Assembly: GCA_036274135.1 (NCBI GenBank)
Contig: DASUGG010000213.1
Location: 1 to 40,317, forward strand
Direction: 5' to 3'
From: Geminicoccaceae bacterium
GTDB taxonomy: Bacteria; Pseudomonadota; Alphaproteobacteria; Geminicoccales; Geminicoccaceae
DNA length: 40,317 nt
Under the pieces are notes generated by a model. It made no database searches, had not been told where the DNA came from, and saw nothing but the letters and a program-made list of their open reading frames with translations. Shown here one piece after another: positions 1 to 8,281 of this stretch. How positions within the stretch are numbered: the first letter of the stretch is position 1; the number at the start of each line of letters is the position of its first letter. Both the position numbers and the translations under genes were made by a program.

Positions 1-886
1 CCTGCGACACGACGCAAGGCGTGGCGGTGAGGCCGAGTTGGATACCGTCGCAATGCTTCAGCACGCCGGACCACTTGCCGTAGATGCTGCGGTGGCACTC
101 GTCGGTGATCACCAGGTCAAAATAGCCCGCCGAGTAGTCGCGATAGACGCTGACCATGCTCTGCAACGTCGTGATCGTGATCCGCTTCTCGTCCTGAAAG
201 CGGCGGCCGGGCTTCAACACGTAGGCGGGATAGTCGCGGAGTTGCTCGGCGAAGACATCCTCGGTCTGCTTGGCGAGCGTGATCCGGTCGACCAGGAACA
301 GCACGCGCGTGACCGCGTTGGCCTGGAACAGCCGCTTAATCAGGGCAGCAGCGGTCCGCGTCTTGCCGGTGCCGGTCGCCATCTCGACCAGCAGCTTACG
401 GTGCCCCTGGGCGATGGCCTGGCAAAGGGTCTCGATGCATTCTTTCTGGTAGTCGCGCCCGGCGATCTTGGCATCGATCGGGACGGTTAGCGGGTCGCGA
501 CGCGTCGTCAGTGTCGCGATGCGCCTCTCGAGGTCCTCCTGCGCGAAGAACGTCCTGACCGCGCGCGGATGAGCCTCGCGCTCGTACTCCCAGAACCAGA
601 CCTCGGCACCGTTCGAGAGGAAGGCGAACGGCACGCCCAATTGGCGGGCATAGCCGGCTGCCTGCGTCTCGGCAGTTCGTGGGTCGATCGAGGTGCGCTT
701 CGCCTCGATGACGGCCATGGCCCGCCCGTGGCGGTCGCAGAGCGCGTAGTCGGCCTTGGTGCCATCGGGCAGCATGTATTCGAAGCGCACGCTCCGGCCG
801 TCGGTCAGGTCCCAGCCGACGTCCTTGAGCAACGCATCGATCTTGACCCGCGAGAATGCTTCGGGAGGATCCTGAAATCGCACCAT
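1..886 (-). CDS. Restriction-enzyme R-subunit-like nuclease/helicase, N-terminal part (gene runs off the left edge)
   Basis: Own translation of the reverse strand from ATG at 886 gives MVRFQDPPEAFSRVKIDALLKDVGWDL...ADYALCD...AVIEAKR (PD-(D/E)xK HsdR_N-like). Helicase motif I (LVEMATGTGKTRTAA) and motif II (LVITDECHRS) follow. The frame stays open to position 1. It is absent from the ORF track because there is no stop in the window. Confidence 0.75.
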   Translation of the reverse strand, partial: MVRFQDPPEAFSRVKIDALLKDVGWDLTDGRSVRFEYMLPDGTKADYALCDRHGRAMAVIEAKRTSIDPRTAETQAAGYARQLGVPFAFLSNGAEVWFWEYEREAHPRAVRTFFAQEDLERRIATLTTRRDPLTVPIDAKIAGRDYQKECIETLCQAIAQGHRKLLVEMATGTGKTRTAAALIKRLFQANAVTRVLFLVDRITLAKQTEDVFAEQLRDYPAYVLKPGRRFQDEKRITITTLQSMVSVYRDYSAGYFDLVITDECHRSIYGKWSGVLKHCDGIQLGLTATPCVVSQ

Positions 887-1628
887 AAGCCGGTATAACC
901 TCGGCGCGCATCAATCGGCAACGATGGACACGAACCGATTGCGCTATCCGGCAAGCCTCGTGGCGCATCGATGACGCAGAAATCGGACGGGTGACACGGG
1001 AATGCGCCGGGGTGGCGCATTGACGGCGCAGCCGCACAAGTGATTGATTTGAAAAGCTTTCGGATTTTGGGCCGAATCGCCTGGGCAGAGGCGCTGGGTC
1101 CGGGCGGAGGAGAAAAATGGCGGGATTCCGCCGGTTTCTCGAGGCTCCATCGATATCCAGAAAGAATCAAGTGCGATCCATGTTTGTTTCAGCTTGGGGG
1201 CGGCAAATAAATAATGCGGCACTTTTGCGCCGCTCGAAGGAACGGGTGACGCAGTTCCGTCCGATATGTGCCGCATGTCAATCCACTCGGGGTTATAGTG
1301 ACTTGGGATTCATTGTGCTCAGTGGCAGCTTGGGCCGAGCATCCGTTAGCCATGAGCTGGCGTGCATTGGCGGCGGTGTCGGAATGTGTGACGTTGGCAT
1401 CGCATGGTCTCCGGCCGATCATGAGAGGACGGCCGCCGGCTGGGCGACGGTTGCGCCCACCAGGAGGCGCGGATGGAGATGGATGGAGGACGCCGGACCT
1501 TTGCCCACGCCTCGCCGCGGCTGCGGGCGGCCGGACGGCCGGGGACTGGAAGCGGCGATCGGAGGTGCTAAGCTGCGGCTGCGCCCACATGTCGGGCGCA
1601 AAGGCAACGTCGTGCGGAGGCAGGGCCT

Positions 1629-3287
1629 GTGAGATTCGCCGAGCATCCCCCGAGCAGCCCCTACCAGCAGAACCTGGAGCGCAACGAGGCCAACTATGCG
1701 CCGCTGACGCCGCTCAGTTTTCTGGAGCGCACGGCGGACGTCTTCCCGCAGCGGATCGCCTGGATTCACGGGACGGAGCGGACCAGCTACGCCGACTTTC
1801 GCGGGCGCTGCCGGCGGCTCGCCGCGGCGCTCGCCGGGCGCGGCGTGCGGCCCGGCGACACCGTCACGGTGATGGCGCCGAACATCCCGGCGGCGCTCGA
1901 GGCGCATTTCGGCGTGCCGGCGGCCGGCGCGGTGCTGAACGCCTTGAACGTCCGCCTCGAGGCGGAGAGCATCGCCTACATCCTCGACCACAGCGAATCG
2001 AAGGTGCTGCTGACCGACACCGAGTTCGCCCCCGTCATCGCGGACGCGCTGGCGCGCTGCCGGGCGAGGCCGCAGGTCATCGACATCGTCGACGAGTCCT
2101 TCTTCGGGGAGGGCCAGGCGCCCGGCGAGCGCCTCGGCGAGACCACCTACGAGGCGCTGCTGGCGGAGGGCGATCCCGGCTTCGCGCCGCTCTATCCGGC
2201 CGACGAGTGGCAGGCGATATCGCTGAACTACACCTCGGGCACCACGGGCCGGCCGAAGGGCGTCGTGTACCATCACCGCGGCGCCTATCTGAACGCGGTC
2301 GGCGACATCCTGGTCTGGAGCATGGGCCTGCACCCGATCTATCTCTGGACCCTGCCGATGTTCCACTGCAACGGCTGGTGCTTTCCCTGGGGCATCGCCC
2401 TGCAGGCGGGAACGCAGGTCTGCCTGCGCCGGGTCGAGCCGGGCGCGATCTATGCCGCGATCGCCGACCACCGGGTGACGCATCTGTGCGGCGCGCCGAT
2501 CGTGATGGGCATGCTCATCAACGCGACGGCCGAGCAGCGGCGCGACTTCGACCACAAGGTCGAGATGATGACGGCGGCGGCGCCGCCGCCCGCGGCGGTG
2601 CTGCAGAAGATGGCGGAGCTCGGCATTCGGGTCACGCACGTCTATGGCCTGACGGAGGTCTACGGCCCGTCGACGGTGTGCGCCTGGCAGCAGGAATGGG
2701 ACGCGCTGCCGCCGGCCGAGCGGGCGCGGCTGCAGGCCCGCCAGGGCGTCTGCTACCCGGTGCTCGAGGGCCTCGAGGTGATGGACCCGGCAAGCATGAC
2801 GCCGGTGCCGCGCGACGGCGCGGTGATCGGCGAGATCATGATGCGCGGCCACGACGTGATGAAGGGCTACTTCAAGAACCCGGAGGCCACCGCGGCGGCG
2901 TTTCGCGGCGGCTGGTTCCACAGCGGCGATCTCGCGGTGATGCACGCCGACGGCTATATCGACATCAAGGACCGCTCCAAGGACATCATCATCTCGGGCG
3001 GCGAGAACATCTCCTCGATCGAAGTCGAAGGTGCTTTGTATCGGCATCCGGCGGTGCTCGAGGCGGCTGTGGTCGCGAAGCCCGACGCCAGGTGGGGCGA
3101 GACACCGTGCGCCTTCGTCACCCTGCGGGCCGGCGCGCAGGCGACCGAGCAGGAGCTGATCGACCACTGCCGCCAGGTCCTGGCGCATTTCAAGGCGCCC
3201 AAGTCGATCGTGTTCACCGAGCTGCCCAAGACCTCGACGGGCAAGGTGCAGAAGACGGTGCTGCGCGACCGGGCGCGCGCCCTTTGA
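1629..3287 (+). CDS. Acyl-CoA synthetase / AMP-dependent ligase
   Basis: 552-aa ORF with the AMP-binding signature LNYTSGTTGRPKGVVYHHRG. It also has WFHSGDLAV, DRSKDIIISGGENISS and the C-terminal PKTSTGKVQK lysine motif. GTG start taken from the track; exact start uncertain. Confidence 0.9.
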   Translation: MRFAEHPPSSPYQQNLERNEANYAPLTPLSFLERTADVFPQRIAWIHGTERTSYADFRGRCRRLAAALAGRGVRPGDTVTVMAPNIPAALEAHFGVPAAGAVLNALNVRLEAESIAYILDHSESKVLLTDTEFAPVIADALARCRARPQVIDIVDESFFGEGQAPGERLGETTYEALLAEGDPGFAPLYPADEWQAISLNYTSGTTGRPKGVVYHHRGAYLNAVGDILVWSMGLHPIYLWTLPMFHCNGWCFPWGIALQAGTQVCLRRVEPGAIYAAIADHRVTHLCGAPIVMGMLINATAEQRRDFDHKVEMMTAAAPPPAAVLQKMAELGIRVTHVYGLTEVYGPSTVCAWQQEWDALPPAERARLQARQGVCYPVLEGLEVMDPASMTPVPRDGAVIGEIMMRGHDVMKGYFKNPEATAAAFRGGWFHSGDLAVMHADGYIDIKDRSKDIIISGGENISSIEVEGALYRHPAVLEAAVVAKPDARWGETPCAFVTLRAGAQATEQELIDHCRQVLAHFKAPKSIVFTELPKTSTGKVQKTVLRDRARAL

Positions 3288-3344
3288 GCGCGAGCCGCCC
3301 CTTCCGTGCCATGCTCGACCTGACCGGCGAGCCCGGAGACCGCG

Positions 3345-3508
3345 ATGGCCAGGAAGATCAAGCCTGCGAAGGATCTCTACGAGGAGGACCTCTACCCGTG
3401 GTCCCGGATGCAGGCGGCGCTGCTGCGCGCCCGACGCTCGACGAGCTCGATCTGGAGAACCTGATCGAGGAGGTCGAAGACGCGGGCGGTGCGCTGCGAC
3501 CACGGTGA
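3345..3508 (+). pseudogene. DUF29-family gene remnant (5' fragment, frameshifted and truncated)
   Basis: ATG at 3345 reads MARKIKPAKDLYEEDLYPWSRMQAALLRA and then hits a stop. In the adjacent frame the sequence continues LDELDLENLIEEVEDAG and stops at 3508. Joined, they reproduce the conserved DUF29 N-terminus (LYE.DFY.W...QA.LLR.gr...LD.ENLIEEIE), but only about 50 of about 140 residues remain. Confidence 0.55.
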
Positions 3509-3587
3509 GCACGCTGCCGCCGACGCCCTGCCGCCGGCGTGCCCCTGCGGCCTCGATCAGATCACCGCAACTGGCTGCCGTAGAGCG

Positions 3588-3944
3588 TCAGCGGGCCAGC
3601 CGCTCCAGCCTTTCGCGCGCCTGCTCTCGATGCCTGGGCTGGATGTGGCGGCCGACGGCGGCGATCGCTGCGGCGATCACCGAGGCATCGTCGGTGAAGC
3701 CGAGACCAGCCAGAAGATCCGGCACCATGTCGGTCGGCAGGACGAAGTAGGCCAGCGCGCCGAACAGCACCGCCCGTACATAGCTCGGGGTGTCGCGGTC
3801 GAAGGCGCAGTAATAGGCGGCGACCAGGTCCTCGGCGAAGGGAACGCGCGCCACCACACGCCTGAGCTTGCTCCAGAAGCGCCGCTCGTCCGGCGGCACA
3901 TAGGCGACGGGAAGGGCCATCGGTTGCTCGCTGCGTAGCTCCAT
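3588..3944 (-). CDS. DUF1232 (YkvA-like) membrane protein
   Basis: 118-aa ORF. AAYYCAFDRDTP...ALAYFVLPTDMVPDLLAGLGFTDDASV matches the DUF1232 pattern. The start could instead be the internal Met at 3920. Confidence 0.7.
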   Translation of the reverse strand: MELRSEQPMALPVAYVPPDERRFWSKLRRVVARVPFAEDLVAAYYCAFDRDTPSYVRAVLFGALAYFVLPTDMVPDLLAGLGFTDDASVIAAAIAAVGRHIQPRHREQARERLERLAR

Positions 3945-4044
3945 GCTCTATAGCTGGCATCTTCCATGGCGGACGACAAGCCCAAGTGCCGACCACCGGA
4001 ACCCGCCAGTGGTACAGGCGAGAGACTTGAAGAGAGGGACGAGC

Positions 4045-4815
4045 ATGCGGATTCAGGCGAGCGCCGCGATCGTGACCGGGGCGGCTTCGGGCCTAGGTCT
4101 GGCCACCGCGCGGATGCTGGTGGAGCAGGGCGCCCGTGTGGCGCTTCTGGACATCGATGCGGCGCAGGTCGCACAGGCGGCGGCCGGGCTGGGGGCGGAG
4201 CGGGCGATCGGCCTGCCCTGCGACGTGGCGGATGCGGCAAGCGCCGAGCAGGCGGCCGCGCAGGCGGTGGCGGCGCACGGCGCCCCGCGAATCCTGGTCA
4301 ATTGCGCCGGCATCGCCGCCGGTAAGCGCATTGTCGGCCGTGACGGGCCGATGCCGCTCGACGAGTTCGAGCGCGTGATCCGGGTGAACCTGGTGGGCAG
4401 CTTCAACCTGCTGCGCCTGGCGGCAGCGGCGATGACGCGGCTCGAGCCGGATGCCGAGGGTGAGCGCGGCGCCATCGTCAACACCGCATCGGTCGCCGCG
4501 TTCGATGGCCAGATCGGCCAGGCCGCCTATGCCGCATCGAAAGGCGGCATCGCGGCGCTCACCCTGCCGGCGGCGCGCGAGCTTGCCCGGCACGGCATTC
4601 GCGTCGTCACGATCGCGCCGGGCATCTTCGAGACGCCGATGCTGCGCGGCCTGCCCGCCGACGTGCAGCGCTCGCTCGGCGAATCCGTACCGTTCCCCAA
4701 GCGCCTCGGCCGACCCGACGAGTATGCCGCGCTGGTTCACCAGATCCTCGAGAACCCGATGCTGAACGGCGAGACGATCCGGCTCGACGGCGCTCTACGC
4801 ATGGCGCCGCAATAG
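4045..4815 (+). CDS. Short-chain dehydrogenase/reductase (3-hydroxyacyl-CoA dehydrogenase type-2-like)
   Basis: Has the TGAASGLG Rossmann motif, NTAS and the YAASKGG catalytic Y-x3-K. ATG at 4045 is preceded by the purine-rich AGAGAGGGA. The track ORF begins earlier (3943), but that extension has no SDR-like sequence. Confidence 0.9.
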   Translation: MRIQASAAIVTGAASGLGLATARMLVEQGARVALLDIDAAQVAQAAAGLGAERAIGLPCDVADAASAEQAAAQAVAAHGAPRILVNCAGIAAGKRIVGRDGPMPLDEFERVIRVNLVGSFNLLRLAAAAMTRLEPDAEGERGAIVNTASVAAFDGQIGQAAYAASKGGIAALTLPAARELARHGIRVVTIAPGIFETPMLRGLPADVQRSLGESVPFPKRLGRPDEYAALVHQILENPMLNGETIRLDGALRMAPQ

Positions 4816-4822
4816 CGGCCGA

Positions 4823-5440
4823 TCAACCCAGCACCTCGGCGACCTTGCGCAGTTCCGCGACGAAGGTGCGGATCGCTGCCTTGCGCTCTTTGTCGTCCTC
4901 GATCCTCAGCAGCGACGAGGGGTGGACGGTCGCCATGACGTGCGGCGCCAGCGGCGAGCGGACGAAGTTGCCGCGCTCCTGCGTGACCCGGAAGCTCCGC
5001 CCGAGCAACGCCTGCGCCGCGGTCGCGCCGAGGCAGACCAGGACTTCGGGTTTGACCAGGGCAAGCTCCTCCTCGAGCCATGGCAGGCAGGCCCGGATCT
5101 CCAGCGCGCTTGGCTTGTTGTGGATGCGCCGCTTGCCCCGCGGCACCCATTTGAAGTGCTTCACCACGTTGGTGACGTAGGTCCGCCGCCGGTCGATGCC
5201 GGCCTTCTCGAGCGCCCAGTCGAGAAGCTGGCCGGCCGGACCGACGAACGGCCGCCCCTGCCGGTCCTCGACGTCGCCCGGCTGTTCGCCGACCAGCATG
5301 GTCCGGGCGCTTTCCGGCCCCTCGCCGAACACCGTCTGGGTCGCGCGCTCGAACAGGGGACAGGCCGTGCAGGTCCGGGCCTCCTCCTTGAGCTCGGCCA
5401 GGCTGCGCTTGGGCTCGGAAAGGTCCCGCTGCTCGTCCAT
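4823..5440 (-). CDS. udgX: Family-4 uracil-DNA glycosylase of the UdgX type
   Basis: 205-aa ORF with Cys residues for the family-4 Fe-S cluster (CTACPL...), motif A GEQPGDVEDRQGRPFVGPAG and motif B ATVHPSSLLR. It also carries the UdgX-specific insertion VVKHFKWVPRGKRRIHNKPS containing KRRIH. Confidence 0.8.
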   Translation of the reverse strand: MDEQRDLSEPKRSLAELKEEARTCTACPLFERATQTVFGEGPESARTMLVGEQPGDVEDRQGRPFVGPAGQLLDWALEKAGIDRRRTYVTNVVKHFKWVPRGKRRIHNKPSALEIRACLPWLEEELALVKPEVLVCLGATAAQALLGRSFRVTQERGNFVRSPLAPHVMATVHPSSLLRIEDDKERKAAIRTFVAELRKVAEVLG

Positions 5441-5500
5441 GACGTCGTGGCAACGCCGCGGCCCTGGCTCGGTTCCCGCGCGGCGGGGGCAGAAGGCGGC

Positions 5501-6454
5501 TCATCCCGCCTGCAACAGCCGCTCGAGCTCGCTGTCTTGGCCCTCGCAGGAGACGCCGTCGCGGTCTTGCCGAGGCGTGTACCAGACGTAGTCATAAGGC
5601 AGATCCGCCGCCGGCGCCCTGGCGTCGTCCTGGACCTCGAGCAAGGCGATGCTGACGCCGCGCGCTCCCGGTCGCAGCCGCGCCAGGTACCAGGGCACGC
5701 CGCGATCCTTGCGTACATGCGGATTGCCGGCGATCAGCAGCCCGCCGCCTTTGCCGGCGGTCGCCGCCAGCCGGTCAGCCATCATGGCGTCGCGGGCGCG
5801 CTGCACCCGCATCATGCCGATCACGACCCAGCCCGGCGCCTGGTCGCAGACCGCCGCGCGCAGCTCGTCCTGGAGCGACACCATCAGCGGTGCCGGCCAA
5901 GCCTCGCCCAGCCCCGTGCGCCGCACGAAGGTGGCCCGGAATGCCTGAGACCCCTGAACGAACGCCGCCCGCTTCTCGGCGGTCCCGAGATCTGCGGCGA
6001 CGATCTGCGCATCGTTCGCGACCGCGGCTTCCGCCACTGGCTGATACCAGGACCAGTCCGGCCAGCCGCTCTCCTCCCACGCGACCACCTCGCCCAGGCC
6101 CCCAAGATCGCTCTTGGCAGCCAGATACTCGACGATCTCGAGCTGACGACCGGCCGGGATCATCTCGAACGCGACCGCGCGCGGCGCCCGACCCTGGGTC
6201 TCCAGCGCCGCTACCAGCGCCGCCAACAGGCGGTGATGCTCGGGATTGTCGTGCCGCTCGCCGATGAGGACGAAATCGGCGCGCGACGCGTCGGCGACCA
6301 GCGCGGCCTCGTCCACCTGGGCGCCGTCCCCGACCCGGTAGATCTGCCCGGCGAGCGGCTCGCCGCCGCCTTGCACGCCCTGCGACGTGCCGTTGACGCA
6401 GGCGGCGAGCGCCAACGCCACGCACGCCGTCAGGCTTGTCAGCCGTGCATCCAT
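5501..6454 (-). CDS. ChaN-family (DUF399/Tiki-like) lipoprotein
   Basis: MDARLTSLTACVALALAAC is a signal peptide with a lipobox. FVLIGERHDNPEHHRL and LLIAGNPHVRKDRGVP are typical of ChaN-like haem-binding lipoproteins. Start set at ATG 6454 (GAGGG upstream) rather than the track start 6553. Confidence 0.7.
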   Translation of the reverse strand: MDARLTSLTACVALALAACVNGTSQGVQGGGEPLAGQIYRVGDGAQVDEAALVADASRADFVLIGERHDNPEHHRLLAALVAALETQGRAPRAVAFEMIPAGRQLEIVEYLAAKSDLGGLGEVVAWEESGWPDWSWYQPVAEAAVANDAQIVAADLGTAEKRAAFVQGSQAFRATFVRRTGLGEAWPAPLMVSLQDELRAAVCDQAPGWVVIGMMRVQRARDAMMADRLAATAGKGGGLLIAGNPHVRKDRGVPWYLARLRPGARGVSIALLEVQDDARAPAADLPYDYVWYTPRQDRDGVSCEGQDSELERLLQAG

Positions 6455-6597
6455 CCCTCGTTCTCGCAGCTGCTCGGCCGGCCGCCGGCGGCTCCGCTGG
6501 CCGCAAAGGTAAACATAGAGGATCGTGCCAGCTTGTCGAACGGAACGCGGCAACGCTCCGCTTCGACGGCGGGGCTCTTGCCTCGGGCCGGGCGACT

Positions 6598-7131
6598 TCA
6601 GCGGTAGGTGCGCAACGAGACCCGGCGGTACTTGAAGAGGCCCGGGGCCAGGCCGCGCTCCTCGCGCCGTGGCGCCTTCGAGACCGGCACGAAGGTCAAC
6701 GTCTTGAGGCGCCTGCCGGGCGAGCTCAGGATGCGGCGCAGCGGCTCCGTGATGGTCAGGATCCTGGTCTGCGGCGCCAGCGGATGCTGATGGCCGCCGC
6801 TCGGATCGATCGCCTGCGTCGGAATCGCCGCGGCGATCGCTGGCTGGCAGTGGTCCTGCTCGCCGAAGCAGCGGCCATGGCCGAACACGACGAAGCGGCC
6901 GGCATAGCCGGTCTCCGGCGAGCGCGCCGTCGTTTCATCGGCGCCCTTGTTGTTCAGGAAGACCCGGACCTCGTAGGACTCGCGTGCATGGTCTACCCCT
7001 TCGAACACCAGGTCGGCACGGCGGAACGCGGTCTCCTGCGTCGGGCCGGGATCGAACGGCATATCACGGTGCGCGATCGCGCTCTCGCGTTCGTCTGCCC
7101 GCGATCGCTTGCCCTTCCTGCGCTGCGCCAT
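6598..7131 (-). CDS. Stand-alone protein resembling the C-terminal shielding domain of polyphenol oxidases (PPO1_KFDV/Tyrosinase_C-like)
   Basis: 177-aa ORF starting 11 nt after the tyrosinase stop on the same strand. DLVFEGVDHARESYEVRVFLNN...GYAGRFVVFGHG...LTITEPLRRIL...KTLTFVPVSK resembles by eye the plant/fungal PPO C-terminal pattern (vlviEGIE.d....kFDVfvN...eFAGSFvnvpH...lgIt.lledl...vvVtLVPr). Confidence 0.5.
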   Translation of the reverse strand: MAQRRKGKRSRADERESAIAHRDMPFDPGPTQETAFRRADLVFEGVDHARESYEVRVFLNNKGADETTARSPETGYAGRFVVFGHGRCFGEQDHCQPAIAAAIPTQAIDPSGGHQHPLAPQTRILTITEPLRRILSSPGRRLKTLTFVPVSKAPRREERGLAPGLFKYRRVSLRTYR

Positions 7132-7141
7132 CGCTCGCTCC

Positions 7142-8008
7142 TCAGGCTATCAGCTCGACGGCATAATCGTAGCCGAGGCGCTCGACATCCAGCGTCTGGG
7201 CGACGGTCATCGGGAACGGCGCGAGCACGGTGCTCATCATGTCCGGCGGCGGGTCCATGCCCAAGTCGCTGAGCTGCCAGAGATACCATATCCGGTCGAT
7301 CATCGCATGGTGCGCCCAGAAGATCGGGTCGTAGGCCGAGGTCGGCACCAGCGCCATGCTGCCGCCGACCCAGACGTGCACGTCGTTATGCACCTGCTCG
7401 AGGCTGGTCGTGAAGGTGCCGAACGTGTTCTGCCGCATCACGATGTCGTCCAGCGTCGCGCGTCTTGGCAGTTCGTCCGGCTCGTCCGGATCGCGCACCG
7501 TTTGCGGGGGGCCGTCGTCGGTGATCGAGCCCGGGATCTGCTGGCGCACGGCGTTGACCAGCGGCGCCGACCATACGCCGGTGGACAGTGGCTCGCCGCC
7601 AACGCACGAGCCGATCGTCGAGGCGGCCAACGGGTTCGGCTGACCGTCGATCTCGCCGAGCGCATAAGTCTCGGGGAGGCCCTCGCGGTGCGAATCGTCC
7701 GACGTCCAGTCCCACCACGGCAGGCCGACGTCGGCGAACTCGGGAACTTGCGGCGCGATGGGCGTGAAGCGCGGCCCGAGGCGCGTCTGCATCGCGAGCT
7801 CGAAATAGTAGAGGTAGGCGCGGTGCCAAGGCAGGAACATCGGCGTGCCGTGCTCGCACCAGGCTGGCAAAGCGAGACCGTGCACCGAGGCGAACCAGTC
7901 GTAGCCGCGCTCGTCGGCGACCGTTTTCATGCGTGCAATGGCGCGTCGGATCAAGCCGATCTGGGCGGGATCGCGCGATGCGCCGCGAACGCTCGTTCGA
8001 ATCGCCAT
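7142..8008 (-). CDS. Tyrosinase / type-3 copper polyphenol oxidase
   Basis: CuA site: FASVHG...AWCEHG...FLPWHRAYL. CuB site: QVHNDVHVWVGGSM...DPIFWAHHAMIDRIWYLWQ. ATG at 8008 has GGAGGA about 10 nt upstream; the track ORF extends to 8098. Confidence 0.9.
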   Translation of the reverse strand: MAIRTSVRGASRDPAQIGLIRRAIARMKTVADERGYDWFASVHGLALPAWCEHGTPMFLPWHRAYLYYFELAMQTRLGPRFTPIAPQVPEFADVGLPWWDWTSDDSHREGLPETYALGEIDGQPNPLAASTIGSCVGGEPLSTGVWSAPLVNAVRQQIPGSITDDGPPQTVRDPDEPDELPRRATLDDIVMRQNTFGTFTTSLEQVHNDVHVWVGGSMALVPTSAYDPIFWAHHAMIDRIWYLWQLSDLGMDPPPDMMSTVLAPFPMTVAQTLDVERLGYDYAVELIA

Positions 8009-8281
8009 CTTATGGCTTCCTCCCTGCCGGCCGGCCCGCACCCCACGGCGTTTGGCCGGTCCCGCCCTCAATACGCCGCCCGCCGTAGCGGGTCTCAACT
8101 ATTTCCAATCTCCTATGCGCCGTTTCGATCACAGCGACAAGCGCCGCTGCGCGCCGGATCCGGCATCGCCGCATGCGCCCCGCGAGCACCACTCCCGTTG
8201 AAGCCGAGCCTGAGCCCGCAACTTGCGCTGTGAATTGCCTTGCCCCGCGGCATGCCGGTACCATTTTCCTAAGGACCAGGG

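Noticed and set aside
38-1037. Track ORFs 38..490 (+), 396..1037 (-), 569..898 (+) and similar
   Set aside because: They are shadow frames of the R-subunit-like gene, which is read on the minus strand from 886 to the window edge. They contain no recognisable motifs.
1268-3512. Very long ORFs 1268..3508 (+, 746 aa) and 1419..3512 (-, 697 aa) overlapping the acyl-CoA synthetase gene
   Set aside because: Their translations are Arg/Ala/Gly/Pro-rich low-complexity strings with no motifs. This is typical of off-frame and antisense open frames in high-GC DNA. The 1629..3287 frame carries unmistakable AMP-binding motifs.
4922-6607. 561-aa plus-strand ORF spanning the udgX and chaN regions
   Set aside because: It is antisense to two well-supported minus-strand genes and has low-complexity composition.
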